Shown here in pieces: positions 56,356 to 64,000 of a DNA stretch of 64,000 nucleotides. Each line of letters opens with the position of its first letter. Position 1 is the stretch's first letter. The DNA comes from Naegleria gruberi. Taxonomy: Eukaryota. Under the pieces are notes generated by a model that worked only from the letters and a program-made list of their open reading frames with translations, ran no database searches and had not been told where the DNA came from. The position numbers and the translations under genes are program-made. The stretch is taken from assembly GCA_000004985.1 (NCBI GenBank), contig GG738849.1; one strand, 5' to 3'.

Positions 56356-57804
56356 ATGGACGAAATAGGTGTGCTTGATATCGTCTTGGCACTTGTTGTT
56401 GCCGGATTTTTGTTCCTGGTTATTCGTTACTTTAGTTCACAAAAGGGAAAGAAGAGTGAACCACCTAGAGTACCAAACTTCCTTCCATACTTTGGTTCAT
56501 TTGTTGGCTTTGCCAAGAACCCAGTTGGTTTCATTATTGAAAATAGCAAAAAGTATGGTGATGTCTTTACTGCCACAATTCTCGGTAAGGAAATGACCTT
56601 TTTGAATCACCCAAAGATTTTGGAAACTTTCTTCAAGGCTACTGATAATGAACTTTCTTTGAGAGATGTTTACAAATTCATGAGACCAGTCTTTGGTGCA
56701 GGTGTCGTTTATGATGCTGATTCCACTGAACGTATGATGGAACAAGTCAAGTTTGTTTCATCTGGTCTTACCACTGCTCGTTTCCGTGTCTTTGTTGATA
56801 TCTTTGAAGATGAAGTTAGACGTAGAGTTGATGTTTTGGGCAAGGAAGGAACTGTTAATATTGTTGAATTGTTATCTGATTTGATTATTTTCACTGCTTC
56901 TCGTTGTTTGTTAGGTGATGAAGTTAGAGAATATTTGAGTTCAAAGAATTTGGGTAAACTTTATCACGATATTGATGAAGGTATTAGTCCATTGTCTTTC
57001 TTCTATCCATCACTTCCTGCAGGTAGACGTGACACTGCTAGAAAGGCTATTGGTGAAATTTTCCAAGAATTATTAGATAAGAGAAGAGAAGAACACAAGA
57101 AGAATCCAGAACGTTTGTTGGATGAATCAAAGATGGACGTTGTTGATCATTTGCTTACTCAAAAGTATAAGGATGGTCAAGAATTGACTGATGTTCACAG
57201 AATTGGTGTTTTGATTGCTGGTTTGTTTGCTGGTCAACACACTTCTTCAATTACTAGCAGTTGGACTTTGATGAGTGTTATTGCTGATAAGAGAGTTTTA
57301 GGAAAGGTTAGAGCTGAACAAGATGAAATTATGGGTTCCGATGCCAAGTTGGATTATGAAAAGGTTATGAAAATGGATTATCTTGAAGCCTGTATGAAGG
57401 AAGCCCTCAGAATGTATCCACCTTTGATCATGATTATGAGAATGGCCAGAAAGCCAAGACAATGCGAAGAATTCATTATTCCAAAGGGTAACATTTTGGT
57501 TGTTTCTCCATCTGTTGCTGGTAGATGTACTGATACTTTCACTAGTCCAGATGTTTTCAGACCAGAACGTTTGACTGAAGATAAGGAACAAGACAAATTC
57601 AAGTATGGTAATGTTCCATTTGGTGCTGGTCGTCACAAATGTATTGGTGAAAACTTTGCTCTCCTCCAAGTTAAGAGTATTATTAGTATTTTATTGAGAT
57701 ATTATGATATGGAATATATGGGCAATATTCCAGAACCATCTTACTCTTCACTCGTTGTTGGTCCTGCTCCTCCAAACATGGTCAAGTACAAGCTCAGAAA
57801 ATAA
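56356..57804 (+). CDS. CYP51: Sterol 14-alpha demethylase (cytochrome P450 family 51)
   Basis: N-terminal membrane anchor VLDIVLALVVAGFLFLVI. CYP51 signatures are PPRVPNFLPYFGSFVGFAKNP, YKFMRPVFGAGVVYD, AGQHTSS and FGAGRHKCIGENFA (Cys heme ligand). ATG at 56356, inside the ORF-track ORF 56323. Confidence 0.9.
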   Translation: MDEIGVLDIVLALVVAGFLFLVIRYFSSQKGKKSEPPRVPNFLPYFGSFVGFAKNPVGFIIENSKKYGDVFTATILGKEMTFLNHPKILETFFKATDNELSLRDVYKFMRPVFGAGVVYDADSTERMMEQVKFVSSGLTTARFRVFVDIFEDEVRRRVDVLGKEGTVNIVELLSDLIIFTASRCLLGDEVREYLSSKNLGKLYHDIDEGISPLSFFYPSLPAGRRDTARKAIGEIFQELLDKRREEHKKNPERLLDESKMDVVDHLLTQKYKDGQELTDVHRIGVLIAGLFAGQHTSSITSSWTLMSVIADKRVLGKVRAEQDEIMGSDAKLDYEKVMKMDYLEACMKEALRMYPPLIMIMRMARKPRQCEEFIIPKGNILVVSPSVAGRCTDTFTSPDVFRPERLTEDKEQDKFKYGNVPFGAGRHKCIGENFALLQVKSIISILLRYYDMEYMGNIPEPSYSSLVVGPAPPNMVKYKLRK

Positions 57805-57967
57805 TTGTAACACTATTTATTTATAAAAACACAAAAATTTTAAAATTCATTTAAATGATTAGTATTTCAATACTATTATATTGAGGATAACATTTCGAAA
57901 ATCAAAAACCAATAGGTGATCTTACTGTACCTAATTGAAGTTGAAGTAAAAAAAACATTGTAAAAAA

Positions 57968-59054
57968 ATGTCTGCATTGAATCTATTGAAAAATGCACTC
58001 AATCAAACAAAAAATCAAAAACAAGAATTAAAACAATCTGTGGAAAATAATAGTAGCACCAATAAACCTAAATGGGTGAGGAAAGGTGAATTGGAGCAAG
58101 CTAGAGAACGTCAATATTTTGAAAAGCAAGGAATTAAAAGAAAACACGAGTCGGTTAATGTAAATAATGATGATGAACAACAACAATCAACAACTGCAAC
58201 CTCTTCTTCATCGGAAGGTATCAATACAACCTCCGAAGAACCATCTAAAAAATTAAAACTCACGAAATAATAATACTGACAATGATGATGACAATTCTTT
58301 GGAGACTATTCCAAGATTTGAAGTATTTAGATTGTTACGTTCCTATGGTGAACCAATAACGTTATTTGGCGAAACTGATGAATTCCGATTGATACGTTTG
58401 AAAAACATTCAAACTACTAGAGGTGAATTTATTGGGCAACAAAATGACTTTGCCAAAGCATTGAAGGAAAGAGAACAAGAAGTTGTGGATGAAGTAGCAA
58501 TTGGAGAAGCATCATCTGAAGCCAACTCCTCAAATAAGGACATTGTAAAATATATTGGAGTGATACCAAAGAAACAAGATGAGGATTCGTATGATTTTAT
58601 TTTACGTGTACTGAGACGACTCATGAAGGAATGGAGATATAAATTGGATGATTTGCCAGAACATGTTAAAAAATCAGCAAAAGGTAAACATGACGCAACA
58701 ATTTACAAGCAAACAAAGAGTTATATCAAGCCACTTTTTAAATTATTGAAAAAGAGACAATTGGCAGATGAAATTGTTCAATCTTTGGAACCAATTTGTT
58801 CCTTCATGGCTGAGAAGGAATATGTAAAAGCAAATGATGTTTATATGGAGCTTGCTATTGGTAATCAACCTTGGCCAATTGGTGTTACCATGGTTGGTAT
58901 TCACGCTAGAACTGCGCGTGAAAGAATTGGTTCAGATAAGATTAAGCACATCCTCAACGATGAAGATCAACGAAGATATGTTCAAAGTGTTAAGAGATTA
59001 ATGACCCTAGCTCAACAATTGTATCCATCAGTTCCAAGTAAAATGGTTGAATAA
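57968..59054 (+). CDS. PRP18: Pre-mRNA splicing factor PRP18, interrupted by an apparent frameshift near 58250-58260
   Basis: ORF 57968..58270 is the PRP18 N-terminus (KPKWVRKGELEQARERQYFEKQG, compare [22 protein letters not shown]). ORF 58299..59054 is the conserved body (GEPITLFGETD, ...NDVYMELAIGNQPWPIGVTMVGIHARTARERI..LNDEDQRRYVQSVKRLMT). The two frames overlap by ~6 codons with a +1 offset in an A-rich stretch. No GT-AG intron fits. Confidence 0.75.
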
Positions 59055-59111
59055 GATGTCTTTTCAATATTGTTTTAATTGAAATAATTTATATTGAATT
59101 TATTGATAATA

Positions 59112-60359
59112 TTATCTCTTTCGTGCCTCAACTAAAAAGTAATGTGGTGCATAGACTGTTGTTTCACTATCATACTTCTGGGTAATGAAAATATCACAAA
59201 ATCCTGTATTCCACAAATTCTTTTCAAACTCGAGTTTTCTATCCAAAATCTTGTCAATTCCATCATTATTTACATGTTCTGTCTTGAAAAAGAGAGTACC
59301 TCCATGTCTCAAAATTCTATAATATTCTACTAAGAGTCTCTTATTTCCCAGAATGTTGTGCCCAATAAAATTGAGAACAACCCTCAAGAATCTATTCGAA
59401 GGGAATGCCATTAATGTCTTTACATCGAATGCGTCTCCAACGACGTCTGGATTTTCCTTAATATCAATATCGAGTGTGAAATAATTCTCCTTTCGAATAG
59501 TTGTATCATTATGCTTATCACCAATGATGAAAGCTTCTCCTCTGAATTGGGAAAAGGTTCTCTTATTGAAATGTAGAGGAGCCTTTTTGATATTCATTGA
59601 ACCTTCATTTGAAGTGAAAGAAACAACTTCCAAATTCTTCTCCAACCACAAATCAGCAATGGTCAACTTGCCATTATCTATTAATACAGTTATATACGGT
59701 TCATATTCCATAATTGCTTTTGGATAAATGACATTGATCCAAGCAAATGAGAAGCCAATACACTTGGCCAATTTTTCCTGATTGACATGATCTGGAATAA
59801 AAGTTCTATTCTTCAACCATTCATAACCATCAAAGTCATAATCTTCCTCATTCAAAAATTGTAAACTCCAAAATTTAGCCAAGAATAAATAACCTCTCGA
59901 TAGTGTCCACAGTTTCGAATGAAATTTTTTATCCCTTCCATATTTGAAATCTGAAAGTAATTCCAATAAATCATCTTGAATATTCTCCACTGATTCTTCC
60001 AAGAGAATGGAATGCAATTGTTTAATCATTGGTTCCTCGTCTCCCTCTACATAGGTCAGATCTTCCATTTTACTGAATACTTGAGCTGTATTGTCGAACA
60101 ATTCCAATACTAGAGGATCCTTCTCAATGTAAATTTCTTCACAATGATGTTTACAACAGTGGTGATGCTTTTGATCGTGATTGGAACAAGTATTGTCATC
60201 CTTTTTGATTGTTGTTGTTTTTGATTTCAAACTCTCTTCCGATGATTGAATCTGTTCACCATTCTGAGAATCATTTAGAGTTTCTTTGTGATGATCATGA
60301 TCATCGTGATGGTGGTGATGACTTCCACAGCATCCATCACTATTATCTCTATCACACAT
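59112..60359 (-). CDS. Hypothetical protein with His/Cys-rich N-terminus (HHHHHDDHDHH, HHHCCKHHC) and possible Rossmann-like methyltransferase-type C-terminal region
   Basis: 415 aa. C-terminal NPDVVGDAFDV...LRHGGTLFF is reminiscent of SAM-MTase motifs, but this is weak. Confidence 0.35.
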   Translation of the reverse strand: MCDRDNSDGCCGSHHHHHDDHDHHKETLNDSQNGEQIQSSEESLKSKTTTIKKDDNTCSNHDQKHHHCCKHHCEEIYIEKDPLVLELFDNTAQVFSKMEDLTYVEGDEEPMIKQLHSILLEESVENIQDDLLELLSDFKYGRDKKFHSKLWTLSRGYLFLAKFWSLQFLNEEDYDFDGYEWLKNRTFIPDHVNQEKLAKCIGFSFAWINVIYPKAIMEYEPYITVLIDNGKLTIADLWLEKNLEVVSFTSNEGSMNIKKAPLHFNKRTFSQFRGEAFIIGDKHNDTTIRKENYFTLDIDIKENPDVVGDAFDVKTLMAFPSNRFLRVVLNFIGHNILGNKRLLVEYYRILRHGGTLFFKTEHVNNDGIDKILDRKLEFEKNLWNTGFCDIFITQKYDSETTVYAPHYFLVEARKR

Positions 60360-60527
60360 TTTTTATTATTTGAATATTGAGAATAACCTTGCTTCTGTGG
60401 ATAATGACCATAGAAGAACAAGGAACAATATCCTTTGAAACATATTTAAAAAACAACTTATTAATTAAATAATAATTTTTAATACAATTCCCTTCCGAGT
60501 TTTTGTTATTGTACAGTTTATTCCTTG

Positions 60528-60889
60528 GCAATGGCATCGTAATGTTCAACAGTGAAGAAACGATCAATCCAATATATACTGAAAACAAGACTGGCAATAT
60601 AACCGTATTTAATGACTTGTCTCTTATCTTGCAAAGCAGAGTGCTTTGGGAATTGACGCTATTTAATTAATTAATACATTATCATCATCAAATATTAAAT
60701 TATCATCATGAAATTATATTTAAAAAATTCCGCATTAATTCCAATATTATTAATTATTATTATCAATCTACTTCTTCTTCATAGAGGATGGTAATACCTA
60801 CCTGTCCAGAACCAGCAGCATTAGAGTTGAAACGCTTGGTGACTGTGTTCAAACAGACAGAAATACTCTTCTTGACAAACTTATTCATT
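60528..60889 (-). CDS. Small 2-exon protein (~75 aa) with presequence-like N-terminus and one TM helix (candidate small mitochondrial membrane subunit)
   Basis: Exon 1 is 60803..60889 (MNKFVKKSISVCLNTVTKRFNSNAAGSGQ). Intron 60659..60802 is 144 nt (GTAGGT...AAATAG). Exon 2 is 60528..60658 (RQFPKHSALQDKRQVIKYGYIASLVFSIYWIDRFFTVEHYDAIAKE). It is not in the ORF track because each exon is under 60 aa. Speculative model. Confidence 0.3.
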
Positions 60890-61107
60890 TTTTAAAATAT
60901 TTATTTTTTGATGATAATTGGCCGATACTTGAACAAGGAAGAATAGCAGAAACATCACCAAGAAATTAATTGCAGAGCTGTACAATGTTGAAATTATTTT
61001 ATGAGAATATTTACCTTAGCATTGTCAATTTATTTTCACTCTTCTTTGTGTATTAGATCATTACATTTCAATACCAAATGTTGCTGATTGTACAATAATT
61101 TAAAAAA

Positions 61108-62573
61108 ATGAGAGCCTTATTTTCAAAGACTAAGGAGCCTAAAACTCCAACTTCACCATCTTCGCCAATGACTCCATCCTCCTCATCTTCACACTTGAGC
61201 AATTCCAATACACCAGATAAAACTCTCTCACCACTCGGTAGAAAGCTATCTTTCACATCAAGTTTTCATACTCCAAAGAGGAAGGATTCAAATAGTACAC
61301 ACATGAGTCCTTCTGCCCTCTCAACAAAGGAGTCCTATCATATGGCCTTCTGTGAGAATACACATTCTACACCAATAAGAAACATCAATATGGATCCTGC
61401 TACAACAACAGAGAAGGATTCTATTTTCAACAAGTATGATTACGATGAGGATGGTAATATTTTAGATCCACTGGTATTATTAATGGATAAGGAAGATGTT
61501 TTTATTGCCTCGTCAACATTTGGAAGACAAAAGGGAAATGATTTTGAGGAGTGTATATTAGTGTTTGGAAAATTAAACATGTACAGAATTATTAAGGATG
61601 CCACATACAAACCAAAATTATCAGAGATGGAATTGGAAGTGGATGAAGAAATCCAATCAAGAAAAGGTTCACTTAGAAAAGTAGCAAGAGAGGAAGAATT
61701 TGAAAGACTTGGAGCAAAGGATGTCACATCACTTCCACCAGAGGATGCTAAAAATCCACTCTTTATAAATGACAATGTATTCATTCAAACGGATATTACA
61801 GAACCATTCGAAGGAGTTGGATACAGATCAAGATGGGTGGTTAAGTGGAAGATTCCTTGGTGTATGGTAAACTCAATTCAAAAATGTGAGACCAATGATA
61901 GACAATTGGAGATTATATTACATGTAGTGGGAAGTGCAACTGGATTTTCAAAAAAGGAATACATCTGCACATCACCTGCCGATAGAGAAGTGTGGTACTT
62001 TACACTTTCGAATGTTTTCCAAGCTTATAATAAGGAATATTTTGAGAGTATGTATTTGGTTTATGATTAGATGGAATATTAATTCAAATTAGCAATGATT
62101 GTTCATGCACCAGAAGTTTATCAATACCATCTCTTCCTTCAAAAGGGAGATGATCAAAAACGAGCCATTGTTTTTTCAAATAAGAGACTTTACAATGCCA
62201 AGATGGCCATAGGAGAAGCTGACGAAAAGAAAATTAAATTGAGAGTAAGTTGTTGTTCAAACTTAAATAAGGAACATTATATTTAATATATCGAAATTGA
62301 AAACAGTATGGTGTTCCTATTGAGCATATTAAGTTCATTAAGAGATTTTCAAAAACTCCAAACGCACTCTGCATTGTTTTCGACAAGAAAAAGGCATCAA
62401 AAGATAAGAGTACCAAAGGGTCTGTTTCAGAAAACTATGTCTTTACAACAAGTGATGAGATTACATGTCTTGAGATGATAAAGGAATTAGCTATGGTTTT
62501 TCACATGATAACCAAAACAGAAATTACATACGAATTCGTTGAGGGATCAGCTACCAAGGGTGATACAGAGTAG
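61108..62573 (+). CDS. Hypothetical protein with Ser/Pro-rich N-terminus and PH-like region, 3 exons
   Basis: Exon 1 is 61108..62047. Intron 62048..62092 is 45 nt (GTATGT...AATTAG, phase 1). Exon 2 is 62093..62244 (MIVHAPEVYQYHLFLQK...). Intron 62245..62306 is 62 nt (GTAAGT...AAACAG). Exon 3 is 62307..62573 (YGVPIEHIKFIKRF...). All junctions are in frame. Confidence 0.5.
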
Positions 62574-62645
62574 TACCAATACACACAGTTGTCTTATTAA
62601 TAAAAATTAAAATTCAAAAAAAATTCCTCATCATACAAAGAAACA

Positions 62646-63876
62646 ATGGCCAGTCATGAATCTGCTGATGATGTGATTGAAAAGGTCGATGAAATGATCG
62701 ATTTAATTTCAAAATTTAGATCATCAGTACATACAATATTTACGGAATTAAATCCGCATAATCGTACTCTTGTTTCTCATCAAGTTTCCGTACCAAATAT
62801 TATAAAGGAAGAAAATCCAGAGGCATCACACAGTGAGCCTACACCATACCGAACTCATATATCATCATGTTTTCAACATGCATCATCTTATTTAGCAAAA
62901 TTAAAGGATTACCAAAAAGTTAATTTAACCAGCTCTAAATATTCAGGCTTGAAGACAATATTGAATGGAAGTGTGGATCGTCAAGGAGTTGATAAATTAA
63001 AATCCAAAGTAGATTCTACTTTACAAACACTATCAAAGGAAATTGAAAAGAAGAGATATGTAAGAGAAGATCCTGGTGATTTGGAATTGTTCGAAACTCC
63101 AAGAAAGGAGAGAATGAAAACTTCACCAAACTCTGTCATTCACAAAATTTCCAAGAGGGATGAATCATCCTACAAGGACCCTCAAGAGTTACTTTCCGAA
63201 TTGAAAGACAAATCTGGAAAATTCCACAACTATTTTAGTATTGTAGATCTTCTTAGTATTCACAAGGATGATAATCATTGCTCGGTATTTGTATGTTTTT
63301 TATAATGCAATTATTAACATTCCAATTAGTTAAGGGTTACTGATATTATGATTGTCAATATTTTATTCCGTGACAATATGACACCTTATGAAGCAAATGC
63401 CTTTTCCATTCATGAAAATGTTTATGAGACCTCAATTTCAGAACATAAGATTTTCAGGCAAGTTAGTAAGACTTTCTGTCAAGCTCTTGATTTTTACACT
63501 ACCCATCCAGTTTATAAAGCCATTCCATTCCAAGCCTTTATGGTAAGTTCTTCAAGCTAAGATATTGAATCTAATGTTTTATGGAAAATAGATTTACCTT
63601 TGTTTGTACAGAAAATTATTTATGGATAAATGTTCTCATAAGAATTGTAATTGTATCATGTCACCTCCACACATTATGGATTTGCCTTACTTTAGAGATT
63701 TTGAAACAGGTATTGCCTATCACATTCAACATATTCCAGTTAATAGAAGAGTTGACCTCAATCTTCCATTCACATCAGAATACAAGCAAAAAGAAATCAA
63801 AAAGAATACCGAGACGCCATCTATGAATACACCAATGAGTACATCCAATCAAACACCTCAAGTAAATGAACTCTAA
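62646..63876 (+). CDS. Hypothetical protein, 3 exons, Cys/His cluster near C-terminus
   Basis: Exon 1 is 62646..63290. Intron 63291..63329 is 39 nt (GTATGT...AATTAG). Exon 2 is 63330..63542. Intron 63543..63591 is 49 nt (GTAAGT...AAATAG). Exon 3 is 63592..63876 (contains CSHKNCNC...H..H). The three ORF-track fragments are in frame after splicing. Confidence 0.5.
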
Positions 63877-64000
63877 ATATTATGATCCACATTTGGTTTA
63901 AATTCAAGGGCAGTATTTTTATCAGTACCAGGTAATGAACGAGTATGCTCTCTATTTCTACCTAACATGTTGCTGTTGGATGTTTTAATTCCCAAAGAAT

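Noticed and set aside
58255-58300. Intron between the two PRP18 ORFs
   Set aside because: There is no GT dinucleotide in the gap and the frames overlap, so a 1-nt frameshift is the only simple explanation.
1-64000. Prokaryotic operon or defence-island interpretation (ABC ATPase + GspG + nuclease-like SNM1)
   Set aside because: Genes carry GT-AG spliceosomal introns, and the window holds eukaryote-only proteins (ELP3, PRP18, eIF4E, B9D2, SERINC, cyclophilin with an RS tail). Adjacency therefore has no operon meaning.

Overview
This window is eukaryotic nuclear DNA, not prokaryotic. It is AT-rich (about one-third GC) and gene-dense, with about one gene per 1.7 kb on both strands and short intergenic regions. 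I found at least 16 short spliceosomal introns (about 38-151 nt) with GTAAGT or GTATGT donors and YAG acceptors. Several genes that the ORF track shows as separate fragments become single genes once these introns are removed. The gene content points to a heterolobosean amoeboflagellate of the Naegleria type. The markers are a DYW-type pentatricopeptide (PPR) protein, a type II secretion system GspG pseudopilin homolog (the mitochondrial T2SS-derived system reported in Naegleria and a few other protists), CYP51 and the ciliary B9D2.

Genes I can support are listed here.
- Translation, RNA and RNA-silencing machinery: eIF4E-like (carrying a C-terminal Ser/Pro-rich extension with a hydrophobic tail), Argonaute/Piwi (PAZ plus PIWI with an RDG-H catalytic motif), GTPBP1-like GTPase, Elongator ELP3, PRP18, a P-type PPR protein and a PPR-E-DYW protein with an internal ~315-nt tandem duplication.
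- Metabolic and housekeeping proteins: GCKR-like SIS-domain protein, SERINC (4 exons), a flavin monooxygenase, FAM210/DUF1279, a LYR-motif protein, cyclophilin, copine-type vWA protein, prolidase (M24), SNM1/Artemis-family nuclease and an FYRN/FYRC-domain protein.
- Membrane and transport proteins: a bacterial-type (LolD/MacB/FtsE-like) soluble ABC ATPase with introns, and a roughly 1,900-aa receptor-like protein (extracellular domain, Cys-rich region and multi-pass membrane region) spread over 4 exons.
- Others: a long coiled-coil protein, a CH-domain protein and several hypothetical proteins.

Non-coding features are a 395-bp MITE-like element with 24-bp terminal inverted repeats and a TA target-site duplication, lying just upstream of the GspG gene, and a tRNA-Lys(UUU)-like sequence with an aberrant T-arm.

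At least six conserved genes are broken by single-nucleotide frameshifts at homopolymer runs (eIF4E, Argonaute, PPR-DYW three times, PRP18, possibly the CH-domain gene), and Argonaute also carries an in-frame TAG. This pattern looks more like uncorrected sequencing indels than biology, but pseudogenisation cannot be excluded. Everything here comes from reading the sequence and the ORF track. I ran no searches.
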